Shown in pieces: positions 21,309 through 30,435 of a DNA stretch of 64,000 nt. The DNA comes from Dehalococcoidia bacterium (lineage in GTDB: Bacteria > Chloroflexota > Dehalococcoidia > Bin125): the NCBI GenBank assembly GCA_963555985.3, contig OY820591.1, forward strand, positions 768,001 through 832,000, read 5' to 3'. The position numbers and the translations under genes were made by a program. Under the pieces are notes generated by a model. The model searched no databases and was not told the DNA's origin. It saw only the letters and a list, made by a program, of their open reading frames with translations. Numbering within the stretch: the first letter of the stretch is position 1; every line of letters begins with the position of its first letter.

Positions 21309-22007
21309 TCAGGCTGCGGTCTTGAACTTGATCACCGCTTCCGCGAGTGCGATCGGCAGGCGCAGGTCGTCGGTGATGTCCTCCGCCGTGTAGCCCTGCT
21401 CAATTCGCGCGAACACGGCCGCGGCCCGGATGTTGGTGCCCGCCACGGTTAGGCGTCCGCTGCCGTACACGGGGTCAATCACCAGCGGCGCGTCTCGCCC
21501 GTGCGGGTGATACCGCCGCGCCCACCCGTTTCCCTGATCGTCCGAGTAGTCGAACCGCTCCAGCGCCTCCGTGAAGTAGAACGGCAGCGCCTTCCTGCCG
21601 GCTTCGAGGCTGAAGTCGGCGAGCACATCGCCGGACCGACGGCTGGGCGACTGTTGCTCGAGGTCGAGCAAAATTCGGAGACTCGCGAGTTTGAACTGGC
21701 GCGTCGCCAAGGGGTACTCGTTGCCTATCCGGGTGCGCGTAAATTCGCGCGCGGTGCGGAGTCTGGCCATCGAGGCGCCGTTCCGGCGCAGAAGCGCGGC
21801 GACGATCGTCTCGCTCACTTCCAGAAAGGAGAGGCGAACTTCGCCGCCGCCGTCGCGGAGCCGATCGGCGAACAGCGGCGTCTGCTCCGATCCGGCGCGA
21901 CCGCGAAACCAGTAGCTCACGGTCTGCGTCGAGACACCCGCCAGCTCGGCCGCCTCGTTGAGGCGGTAGGTGGGCTGGGTCAGATGCTGTTCGAGCGGGG
22001 AGATCAC
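21309..22007 (-). CDS. HTH + DUF433 antitoxin (VapB45/Rv2018-like)
   Basis: YRLNEAAELAGVS, LSFLEVSE and IDPVYGSGRLTVAGTNI; GTG start with GAGG RBS. Confidence 0.8.
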   Translation of the reverse strand: MISPLEQHLTQPTYRLNEAAELAGVSTQTVSYWFRGRAGSEQTPLFADRLRDGGGEVRLSFLEVSETIVAALLRRNGASMARLRTAREFTRTRIGNEYPLATRQFKLASLRILLDLEQQSPSRRSGDVLADFSLEAGRKALPFYFTEALERFDYSDDQGNGWARRYHPHGRDAPLVIDPVYGSGRLTVAGTNIRAAAVFARIEQGYTAEDITDDLRLPIALAEAVIKFKTAA

Positions 22008-22059
22008 GGCTCGGTTCCTCCCAACCCTGATCCTACCGTAGGGGTGCCGCTCCAACCGC

Positions 22060-23280
22060 CTAGCTCAACGCGCCGGAGGCGGCGAGGGCTGCGATCTCCC
22101 CGTCGCTTAGACCCAGGACTTCGCGCAGGATGAGCTCGTTGTGTTCGCCGTACTGAGGGGCGGGACGCTCGGGTTGTGCGGGCGTGTCGGAGAGGATGTA
22201 GCGGGGGGCTTCGACGACGGTTTCGCCGTGGAGGGCGTGGGGGAGGCGGCGGAAGTGGTTGCGGTGGGCGAGCTGTGGGTCGTTGGCGGCGTCTTCGGTG
22301 GTAGAGAGTTCGTGCGCCGAGATCGCCAATGCTTGCAACTCCGACTCGACTGCTTTCGCGCTGTGTTGCAGCGTCCAGTTCGATACGTTCCGGTCCAACT
22401 CGCGGCGTTGTTGTAAGCGCTCGTCCAGGGTCATGTCCGGTGAGGCTGCAATGATTGGGGCGAACTTTCGCCATTGATCATCGTTCGAGATGGCAATCGC
22501 CACCCAAGACTCACTCCGGCCTGCGGGGGGAGCGCAGGGATAGACGCCGTGCGGCGCCATCTGGGGGTCGTCGTTGCCGCGCCGTTCGAGGGCGGGGCCG
22601 CCGTTCATGTGGTCGATCAGCGCGGGCGCGAGCAGTTGCAGGGTGCACTCGGCTTGGGCCTGATCGATGAAGACGCCTTGGCCGGTGCGCCGGCGGTGAT
22701 CGAGCGCGGCCAGCAGCGCAGTGAGCGCGAAACGTGGGGCGGGATAGTCGGTGTAGGGACCGAACGGACCCGCCGGCGCGCGATCGGGCCAGCCGGTGAG
22801 GTATTGGACGCCGGCCATGCCCGCGCCCTGGCTGCCGAAGCCGCTGACCTGGTTGTAGGGGCCGGTCTGACCGAGCAGGGTGCTGCTGAGCATGATCAGG
22901 TCGGGCTTGAGCTGGCGCAGATGCTCATAGTCAAGCTGCCAGCGCGCGAGCACGCCGGCCGTGAAGGACTCGCAGACGATATCGGCCCAGAGCGCGAGTT
23001 TGCGGAAGATGTCTTGCGCTTCGGGGATGCGCAGGTCGAGCGTCAGCCCCCATTTGCCCGCGTTGACGTTGCCGTACAGACCGGAGTTCTCCACGCCCGG
23101 CTCGTCGCGGTGGAACGGCCCCACCACACGGGCGGTATCGACGCGGCTGGGCGATTCGACCCGGATTACGGTTGCGCCGTAGTCGGCCATTGCGCGGCCC
23201 ACGGTCGGCCCGGCCACGATCCAACTCAGATCGAGGATCTTGACGCCGGCGAGCGGTCCCGTGCCTGTGGGGAGCGTCAT
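22060..23280 (-). CDS. CaiB/BaiF CoA transferase
   Basis: PLAGVKILDLSW, YTDY and APHGVYPC; C-terminal part of ORF 22060..24894. Confidence 0.92.
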   Translation of the reverse strand: MTLPTGTGPLAGVKILDLSWIVAGPTVGRAMADYGATVIRVESPSRVDTARVVGPFHRDEPGVENSGLYGNVNAGKWGLTLDLRIPEAQDIFRKLALWADIVCESFTAGVLARWQLDYEHLRQLKPDLIMLSSTLLGQTGPYNQVSGFGSQGAGMAGVQYLTGWPDRAPAGPFGPYTDYPAPRFALTALLAALDHRRRTGQGVFIDQAQAECTLQLLAPALIDHMNGGPALERRGNDDPQMAPHGVYPCAPPAGRSESWVAIAISNDDQWRKFAPIIAASPDMTLDERLQQRRELDRNVSNWTLQHSAKAVESELQALAISAHELSTTEDAANDPQLAHRNHFRRLPHALHGETVVEAPRYILSDTPAQPERPAPQYGEHNELILREVLGLSDGEIAALAASGALS

Positions 23281-24515
23281 AGCACGCCCTCCGTCTCCAA
23301 CTCGCGGAGCTCGCCGCCGGATAGACCGAGCTCGGCGTAGAGCTCGTTGTTGTGCTGTCCGATCGTGGGCGGCGGGCGGCGGTTGTAGCCGAAGCGTTCG
23401 CCGTCGATGAAGATGTTCAGGGGCGGCCCTGGATAGGTGATGGCGCGGCCGTCCGAGTGCTCGATTTGCCGCCAGAAGTTGCGCGCTTCGAGTTGCTTGC
23501 TCTGGGCGAGGTCGACGATAGTCAGGACGGGCACGAGCAAGAGGTCGTATTCGATTGAGATGTTGAGCATTTCCTGTTTCGTTCTGGTTGCGACCTGTTC
23601 GCGCATGGCCTGTTGGACGCGGGGAAACAGTTCCGGATCGGCGTCGCCGGAGAGGGCGCGCTCGGCGTAGGTGACGAAGTTCTCTTCGAGCAAGCTGGTG
23701 TCCATCGCACCGGTGTCCACCAGCCACTGAGCCGCGTGGTTGGCGAAGTGCCCGACCGCCGGTCCGGGCGCCATCATCAGGACGATGTGGCCGTTGGTCA
23801 CATCGGCCGTGCCGCGAATGCTCTGGCCGCGAATCTTGACGCCGCCGCCGTAGCGCTCGGGGTCGACCGCGCCGAGTTGATAGGCGAGGACTTGAGAGAG
23901 GGTCGCCTGGGCTGCGGAAACCTGGGCGGAGACATCGACATGTTGCCCCTGTCCGGTTTGGTGACGGGCGTGGAGCGCGAGCATCGCGCCGCCGGCCGCA
24001 TCGGCGGCGGCGTGTCCCCAGGCTTGGGGCTGGGAGACGCGCACGGGCGCGCGGTCGTCGTCGCCGGTCATCAGCAGCGGCGTACCGGCGGCCCAGATTG
24101 CGAGGTCGGAGCCGACGTAGTGCGCCTTGGGTCCGGTCTGGCCGAAGGCGGAGATCGAGGCGTAGATCAGGTTGGGGTTCCGCGCGTGGAGGGTCTCGTA
24201 GTCGAGACCGAGCGCGGCCATGCGGCCGACATCGGACGATTCGAGCAGGAAGTCGGCGCTCTCGGCCAGGCGCAGCAGCAGTTCGCGTCCGCGCTCGTCG
24301 TCGAGGTTGCAGGTGATGCCGCGCTTGCCTCGGGTGTAGGCGGCCCAATAGGTGGACTCGTGCGGAGGTTGGGCGAAGAAGGGGGCGACTGCGCGCGCTG
24401 AAGAGCCGACGGGCGGTTCGACCTGGATCACGTCTGCGCCGAGGTCGGCGAGCATCTGTCCGGCGAGGAGGCCGCGCTCGTCGGTGAGGTCGAGGACTCG
24501 GTAGGGAGAGAGCAT
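23277..24515 (-). CDS. CaiB/BaiF CoA transferase
   Basis: MLSPYRVLDLTDERG, LADLGADVI and PPTIGQHN motifs. Confidence 0.92.
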   Translation of the reverse strand: MLSPYRVLDLTDERGLLAGQMLADLGADVIQVEPPVGSSARAVAPFFAQPPHESTYWAAYTRGKRGITCNLDDERGRELLLRLAESADFLLESSDVGRMAALGLDYETLHARNPNLIYASISAFGQTGPKAHYVGSDLAIWAAGTPLLMTGDDDRAPVRVSQPQAWGHAAADAAGGAMLALHARHQTGQGQHVDVSAQVSAAQATLSQVLAYQLGAVDPERYGGGVKIRGQSIRGTADVTNGHIVLMMAPGPAVGHFANHAAQWLVDTGAMDTSLLEENFVTYAERALSGDADPELFPRVQQAMREQVATRTKQEMLNISIEYDLLLVPVLTIVDLAQSKQLEARNFWRQIEHSDGRAITYPGPPLNIFIDGERFGYNRRPPPTIGQHNNELYAELGLSGGELRELETEGVL

Positions 24516-24538
24516 TGCTGGAGGGTAGCGGCAGTTGG

Positions 24539-25321
24539 CTAACGACTCTGCTGCGGACGGCCCTCGCCCGGTGGGCCGGCGAAGGCTTGGGCGACTTGGA
24601 GGAACTCTTCGGCTGGGCCGGAGGTGTAGCTGAGCGCCGTGTCTTTGTAGTGGATGCGCTGGGTGACGACGCGGCAGAAGTCGGGGGCTGTGCCTTGCAC
24701 TCGGTTGGGGGCGTCTTCGTCGCCGCGCGACCAGGGCGCGCCGGAGGGGAGGCTGAGTTCGACGCGCAGCGGTTCCGCGTTCGGTTCGAGACCGCGTGTC
24801 TGGTAGGCGAACTGGCGGGTGATGTAGCCGAGGTGGGCGATGTGTTGGAGGCGGTCGGAGTGGACTGGCTCAACGCCGGCGCCGTCGAGCGCATCGAGTC
24901 CGTGCGACCAGCACTCCATCAGGCGGGCGGTGGCGAAGGAGCGGGCGCTCATGGGCGGTCCGGCCCAAGGCAGGCGCTGGCGCGCGTCGAGCGGGCGCAG
25001 GGCGTCCTGCAAGCGTTGCCTCGCCGCTCGCCACCAATCGACGAGTTGGAGCCGGGTCATGTGGCGGGAGCTGTCCTGCAAAGCCGAGCGGGTGCCGTCT
25101 TGGGAGCGTTCGCCCGCTGCCATCTGGCGGGCGGCGCCCGAGGCGACGGCGGCGGCGCTGTCGTCGACCTCGGCCAGGTGCGCGATCACGTCGCGCACCA
25201 TCCAGCCTCGACAAGGGGTGTCGTGCTGCCAGTCGGAGTCGGGCAGGTCGGCGAGTTGCGCGTCGAGGTAGCGCTGTTCGGCGACGAGGTCGTCAAGGAG
25301 TTGCTGGTAAGGGTCGGGCAT
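24539..25321 (-). CDS. MDMPI/TIGR03084-like metal-binding protein
   Basis: TPCRGWMVRDVIAHL, ARLMECWSHG and AQAFAGPPG motifs. Confidence 0.85.
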   Translation of the reverse strand: MPDPYQQLLDDLVAEQRYLDAQLADLPDSDWQHDTPCRGWMVRDVIAHLAEVDDSAAAVASGAARQMAAGERSQDGTRSALQDSSRHMTRLQLVDWWRAARQRLQDALRPLDARQRLPWAGPPMSARSFATARLMECWSHGLDALDGAGVEPVHSDRLQHIAHLGYITRQFAYQTRGLEPNAEPLRVELSLPSGAPWSRGDEDAPNRVQGTAPDFCRVVTQRIHYKDTALSYTSGPAEEFLQVAQAFAGPPGEGRPQQSR

Positions 25322-25426
25322 GGGGCGCTCCAATCCAGTTTGCAGGGTAGGGCCGCCCCCTCTACTTTCGGCGTCTCCCCCTGCGAGAGACGGATGCATA
25401 ACCCATATCCGTCATTCCCGCGCAGG

Positions 25427-25570
25427 GAGACTTTTGCGTGGATCAAAGATCGTCATACCCGCGCTTGCCGCGGGTATCTCGCCGTGATCTGCACCGTCGT
25501 CGCGCACACGACGAGATTGCCGCGGCGGAGCGCGGCAATGACGGAGAACATCGACTTTCGCAAAGCTCTC
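25427..25570. mobile_element. MITE inserted in a dRS3-like hairpin; carries cruciform repeat family B
   Basis: Ends GAGACTTTTGCG / CGCAAAGCTCTC; 6-bp duplication CGCAGG at 25421-25426 and 25571-25576. Confidence 0.75.
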
Positions 25571-25739
25571 CGCAGGCGGGAATCCATGCCCACCAGATAC
25601 GCCTTGTGGATTTCTACCTGTGCGGGAGTGACGAGTTCAGCTGATCGTAGGCTGATGCATCAGTCTTTATGAGCGGGAGGGGAGGGATAGAGATGTGCAA
25701 ATTGAAGGTAGTACTTTCATTTTGCGCAGTTTGCCGATG

Positions 25740-25902
25740 TCTTCTGGGCGATCCGGTGGTCGCCGATCTGATCCCGGAGATCAATGCCCGCGCGGTTGTC
25801 TACGGGGGGTCTGAGCGTCAGTCGCGGAGCGACGGTGAGGTGTTGCCGCTGTCGGACGTGGGCGAGCTGTTGGAGGGGTTTGAGGCTGGGATGCGGGAGT
25901 AG
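25740..25902 (+). pseudogene. Possible C-terminal remnant of an AAA/DUF4143-type ATPase
   Basis: VVYGGSERQSRSDGEVLP resembles the DUF4143 C-terminus as recalled. Confidence 0.35.
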
Positions 25903-26011
25903 GGTCTGGTTGCAGAGCGAGAAGTCTGCGGGGTTGCGGTGGTCGTGGCGAGTTGCTGGTTGGTGGCGATGGCTCCCATCTGTTGCGCGTCTTCGGATCC
26001 TCTTGCCTAGC

Positions 26012-26201
26012 TGCCTGGCAGCTGCTTCACCGAATCCGCAAGGCGCTCGAATCGGGCGAACTGGCCATGTTTGAGGGGGGACGTAGAGGTAGACGAGACT
26101 TACGTCGGCGGCGCGAGAAGAACAAGCACCAGAGCAAGCGGCTCAAATCTGGTCGCGGGACGCAGGGCAATCGCCTCCGCTACGCGGACCTGGTCAGCTA
26201 G
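26012..26201 (+). pseudogene. Internally deleted, frameshifted IS1595-family transposase
   Basis: AWQLLHRIRKA, then VEVDETYVGG in a shifted frame (26080-26112), KNKH..GRG, fused directly to the C-terminal RLRYADL. Confidence 0.8.
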
Positions 26202-26204
26202 TCG

Positions 26205-26249
26205 CTAAACTCACTCCATTAAGGTGTGCGTATAACGGAGCGAGTTTAG
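26205..26249 (+). promoter_or_regulatory. 13-bp inverted repeat around a TATAAC -10-like hexamer, overlapping the RBS of the next gene
   Basis: CTAAACTCACTCC ... GGAGCGAGTTTAG (12/13 match), followed by AGGAGG. Confidence 0.55.
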
Positions 26250-26258
26250 GAGGCGCGC

Positions 26259-26915
26259 ATGGCATCATCTCTAGAACTCAGGCTTGCCATTGTCGAGCTG
26301 CATCAGGCGGGCAAACTGCCAATCGAGGTGACGGCTGAGGATCACGTTGAGCTGCTGACCCAAATCGGCGTACAGGCCAACGCCCGCCGAATCGGGAGAG
26401 CGCTTATCGCACTTCGCTTCGAGGTCGTCAGCCAAAAGAGACAGCGCAAATGCAGATGCCGGACCAGTCAATGCGATTGGCCGCTCGAGCAACGCTGCCG
26501 CGCGCCGCGCAAACGGTCTGACGGCAAGGCCAGGAAGAGCCATATGGTCGTGGTCCGCCCGCGCGTTTGGCGACGCCCGTTGGCATGGTCGCCCGAAGTC
26601 CACGCCCAGCTCAGGTTGAGCCGTTCGCACGCGCTCAAGTCGAATCAGGTGGCCCGCGCTTCCGATGTGGCGTTTCACAATGGAGAACTGCTCAACAAGG
26701 CAATCGACCACGCGCTTACGTCACGCGACGCTCCGCTCGACCATCGTGGTATTCTTAAGGCCGCGATCAAGGAGGTCGTCGACGACCTCTGGGAAGATGC
26801 GATTCCACGGCGAGAGCTCGCCGAGTGGCTTGGGGAAGACCCGACGGTTATGAACCGAGCCGGCCTAGAGTCACGGACCAGGGGGCTTGTCCGCCTGGCC
26901 ACCAGCAGGGAGTAA
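26259..26915 (+). CDS. Hypothetical basic protein with Cys cluster
   Basis: AGGAGG RBS; 218 aa; KCRCRTSQCDW...C. Confidence 0.7.
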   Translation: MASSLELRLAIVELHQAGKLPIEVTAEDHVELLTQIGVQANARRIGRALIALRFEVVSQKRQRKCRCRTSQCDWPLEQRCRAPRKRSDGKARKSHMVVVRPRVWRRPLAWSPEVHAQLRLSRSHALKSNQVARASDVAFHNGELLNKAIDHALTSRDAPLDHRGILKAAIKEVVDDLWEDAIPRRELAEWLGEDPTVMNRAGLESRTRGLVRLATSRE

Positions 26916-26924
26916 GGAGTTTCT

Positions 26925-27347
26925 ATGTCCCTGTCCATCTCTCGGAGGCGCGAAGCGTGCCTCAAGTACCTGCAAAACGACTTCGATACCGATCGCACGA
27001 TTGCCTGGGTGTTGAAGGAGTTCGCCAACGAATCGGCGTTTCAGAACGCCACGCACAAGGATCGCCTCGCCCGCAACATCATCACGATGGGCGGCTCCGG
27101 CGACCAGCAGCAGTTGAACTGCGTCGCTTTCCAGCAGGCGCTTAGTCAGCATGTCGAAGCCATCCTGGATCGGCGCAATGCCGAAGACCGCAAGGCGCTG
27201 ATCGACGTGCGCGAGCAGAACAAGACGCTGAACGCGCGGAACAGCGAACTGCATCAACGGGTCGATCAGCTCAATGGTGAGCTTCGGGACTTGATGTCCC
27301 GTGCGCACGAAGCGGAACAACTCCAGATCGGGGCTGGTTCCGCCTAA
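26925..27347 (+). CDS. Hypothetical coiled-coil protein
   Basis: TAAGGAG RBS; heptad-rich C-terminus. Confidence 0.7.
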   Translation: MSLSISRRREACLKYLQNDFDTDRTIAWVLKEFANESAFQNATHKDRLARNIITMGGSGDQQQLNCVAFQQALSQHVEAILDRRNAEDRKALIDVREQNKTLNARNSELHQRVDQLNGELRDLMSRAHEAEQLQIGAGSA

Positions 27348-27427
27348 TCAGGCCGCTCGCCGTGGAATCCGAGCGGTCAGAAGTCCGTGCTCTGACTGAC
27401 AGCAGTGGGCAACTCTGCCATGTAACC

Positions 27428-27693
27428 CTGCCTGCAAAAGTCCACTCCAGACGGCCGACGCCTCGGAGGAGCGGATCGCGCGATGTGAAGTTGGCGGTAC
27501 GACCAGATGTGGAGATGGCTTCGGACTTGAGAGATTCGTGATTCCTGCCTGCGCAGGAATGACGAATCTGGGGATTTTGCAAAGGCCTCCGCAGGCGGGG
27601 ATCACTCGCTGTGATCTGCACCGTCGTCGCGCACATGGCGAGATTGCCCCCTGTTCAGGCCAGGGGCAGGCTGTGGCGGAGCGCGGCAATGAC
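27428..27693. repeat. MITE related to 14659-14822, joined to a cruciform repeat B copy
   Basis: Shared interior GCGGATCG...GGTACGACCAGAT; right end GGGGATTTTGCAAAGGCCTC followed by CGCAGGCGGGGATC. Confidence 0.7.
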
Positions 27694-27795
27694 GGAGATA
27701 GGGGGCGAGGACGACAGAGCAGTGCGGGAATGATCGAACGCATCAACATGAACGGCGACCTCACTCGGGCTTGGCCTGGATCTGAGTTCTCGCAA

Positions 27796-28101
27796 TCAGA
27801 TAGCGAGTTGGATGTAATTCGCATCGAAAACCGCTGAGGGCACGATTTCGATGTGCCAGGGGTTGTGCCAGACGAGCCAGTCACCGGGGTAGATCGTGGC
27901 TTCTGCGCGGTCGTAGTCGTGCCGGGGATCGTCGATGGTGATCTCGCCGAGGTAGGAAAAGGCTTGGATGCTCGCGTTGGTTGGGTTGAGGTGCAGGCAG
28001 CCGACGCCGGCGTTGGCGAGGTGGTTGAGCGCGCGGTTTGGCCCGTCCGGTTCGTAGCGGACTGCGTTGACGGTTTCGCCGTTGCGGGTGTATTGGCGCA
28101 T
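27796..28101 (-). CDS. Small phage-like hypothetical protein
   Basis: AGGAGG RBS; VNAVRY...PGDWLV...VFDANY pattern. Confidence 0.65.
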   Translation of the reverse strand: MRQYTRNGETVNAVRYEPDGPNRALNHLANAGVGCLHLNPTNASIQAFSYLGEITIDDPRHDYDRAEATIYPGDWLVWHNPWHIEIVPSAVFDANYIQLAI

Positions 28102-28289
28102 GTGGCCCTCCTGGTGAACTGAGCGGACCGTATCGGGCCGAGCTCGTGGGATTGGCTTGTGAGCGCGGAATTGTGGGCCTTGTGTGGGCCGATGAACGGT
28201 GGCTCCCGCTGGGAGTAGGGAGGCGGGAGAACTGTCACAAAGTGACAGAGAGGGATCATCATCCCCACCCAAACCGACTATCGTGGCAC

Positions 28290-28620
28290 AGAACACCAGT
28301 CCTCGATAGTCAGAGGCGCGCCGATGCCCGAGCTTTTTCCCTTTCCCCTCCAACCACGCGCGAACACGCGCCCGAATTTATCCGAATTGATCGAGCGACA
28401 GCTGGAGATTTCCGAATGCCCCAAACTCGAATTCCCTGTCCAGGACAGGAAAAACGCAAATTCGACCCCAATAGATTTCGCGCCCGAACGCGAACATAAC
28501 GAGAATCCCGCCGGTGCGAATACCCCCAAACGAACCCGAACCTCCCCGAACAAGCCGAACACTTATCGAACGGAATCGACCAAAATCGAACGGAATCGAA
28601 CACCTGCGAACGCTGCGTTT
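28290..28620. repeat. Intergenic element with ~10-bp periodic (C/T)CGAAC repeats
   Basis: cccgaac..cccgaac..gccgaac..atcgaacggaatcgaccaaaatcgaacggaatcgaac at 28531-28602. Confidence 0.6.
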
Positions 28621-28637
28621 CGTCATTCCAGGGAACG

Positions 28638-28870
28638 GAGACCTTTGTAAATTGGCATTCCCGCCACTCTCGTCATTCCAGCGAAAGCTGGAATCTCGCC
28701 CGACCAGATAAACCGAACTCCGAACGAGATTCCAGGTCAAGCCTGGAATGACGGAAATGGGAATCTTGCAATGGTCTCCGCAGGCGGGGATCACTCGCCG
28801 TGATCTGCACCGTCGTCGCTCACACGGCGAGCTTGCCCCCTGTTCAGGCCAGGGGCAGGCGGCGGCGGAG
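28638..28870. mobile_element. MITE (28638-28778) plus repeat B copy
   Basis: Ends GAGACCTTTGTAAA / TTGCAATGGTCTC; two internal GTCATTCC-type hairpins; followed by CGCAGGCGGGGATC. Confidence 0.7.
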
Positions 28871-28888
28871 AGCGTTTTCGGCGTCCTG

Positions 28889-29989
28889 CTAGTCCACCAC
28901 CGGGGTTGCTCCCAGAGGGCGAAGTTCGTCCATCAGCCAGGTGAGGCGCTCTTCGGTCAGGGTGGGGGCGTGCGACTCTCCGCGCCGCTGTCCCGGGTAG
29001 CCGAAGTTGCTGCGGCCTTCTTGCTGCTGGCGGACGTACTGACCGAGCGAGATGCGGCTGGCGTAGCTGAGGTTGGTGCGGACATACTTGGGCAGGTCGT
29101 CCCAGGTGGTCGCGTGGGCCATTTCCGCGGCGACCTCGAAGTTGACCGCGTCGGCCATCTTGTCCCACTCGCCCTTGAGCGAGAGTTCGTGCAACTGCAT
29201 CCCCAACGACTCCAGGCCGTGGGCGCGGAAGACGCCGTGGTAGCTGCGAGTCGAGCCGTAGAAAGAGATCGCGCGGCGCAGGCCGTCGATCGACTGCTCG
29301 ACCTCGGACTCGTTCTCGCCGAAGGCCATGAAGCCGCCGACGCTGAAGTCGATCTCGTCGAGACTGCGCCCGGCGCGGTCGGCGCCCTTCTTCACGTTGG
29401 GGATGACCGTCTCCATCATCACCTTGTGGGTCATGAAGCCGTGCGGACGCAGGCCGTCGGCGCAGGCGCCGGCGGTCCGCGCCATCAACGGGCCGACGTT
29501 GGCCAGTGAGATCTTGGGCGGGTCGTACTCGATCGGGCCGGGATCGAACATCGGCGTCATCAGCGTGTAGGTGTAGTTGTCGGAGATGTATTCGGGGCGC
29601 TCGCCGGTCTGCCAGGAGTGCCAGACGGCGCGCATCATGTTGATGTAGTCCTCCATCCGCTTGGCGGGCGGCGCCCAGGTGCCGCCGAAGCGGCGCACGT
29701 TGTGGCCTTTGACCTGGCTGCCCAGACCGAGGTTGATCCGGCCCTTGGACAGTTCCTGCAAATCCCAGGCGGCCTGGGCCATGATCATCGGCGTGCGCGG
29801 GAAGGCGATCGTGACCGAGGAGGAGATCTCCACGCGCTCGGTGTGTTCGGCCGCGATCATCATCTGGAAGAGCGAGTTGTGCTTGGTCTCGGGCACGACG
29901 ATGGAGTCGAAGCCGCGCGCCTCCAGCGTCTTGACCTGCTCGGCGATTCCGCCCAGCCAGCCGCCGCCAAATCCGGTTTCGATTTTCAT
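28889..29989 (-). CDS. LLM class F420-dependent oxidoreductase (TIGR03617-like)
   Basis: ETKHN, AFPRTPM, LGLGSQVKGH and FYGSTRSY motifs. Confidence 0.9.
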   Translation of the reverse strand: MKIETGFGGGWLGGIAEQVKTLEARGFDSIVVPETKHNSLFQMMIAAEHTERVEISSSVTIAFPRTPMIMAQAAWDLQELSKGRINLGLGSQVKGHNVRRFGGTWAPPAKRMEDYINMMRAVWHSWQTGERPEYISDNYTYTLMTPMFDPGPIEYDPPKISLANVGPLMARTAGACADGLRPHGFMTHKVMMETVIPNVKKGADRAGRSLDEIDFSVGGFMAFGENESEVEQSIDGLRRAISFYGSTRSYHGVFRAHGLESLGMQLHELSLKGEWDKMADAVNFEVAAEMAHATTWDDLPKYVRTNLSYASRISLGQYVRQQQEGRSNFGYPGQRRGESHAPTLTEERLTWLMDELRPLGATPVVD

Positions 29990-30132
29990 GGTTCCTTCGC
30001 CTTTCCGACGACTTCCGTTGTCGCTTGCGTCTGCTGAGGCTCATGTTAGAACGGAGATGGTCATTGGCGATAGCGACAACACTGGCAAGAAAACCGAGGT
30101 AGGCTATCGCCAACGGTGCAAGGACGACTGTC

Positions 30133-30435
30133 ATGGCGGCTGAACCAGCAGGTGAGCACTGCGATTCGGTGAGATACTGCCCTGCCATCGTGGCGCGGCA
30201 TCGATTCGATCAGATGCTCGAACAAGTGGAGCGAGGGGAAACCGTCCTCATCCACCGGGGAGGACGCATCATCGCCCAATTCTCGCCGCCGTCCGAGGCG
30301 CAGTGCGATAGCCCCGAAGTGGACTCAAAGTCGCTCCTCTTCTTGGAGCGGGTCGCGGAGCTGAGAGACGGCAAGCCCACGAATGTCACACGCGAGGAGA
30401 TTCTTGCCTGGCGCCACGAGGGTCACAAGCGGTGA
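30133..30435 (+). CDS. Phd/YefM-type antitoxin
   Basis: ARHRFDQMLEQVERGETVLIHRGG; overlaps the vapC start. Confidence 0.8.
   Translation: MAAEPAGEHCDSVRYCPAIVARHRFDQMLEQVERGETVLIHRGGRIIAQFSPPSEAQCDSPEVDSKSLLFLERVAELRDGKPTNVTREEILAWRHEGHKR

Noticed and set aside
22060-24894. 944-aa ORF as a single protein
   Set aside because: The N-terminal part is an off-frame overlap with two real genes; only 22060-23280 is coding.
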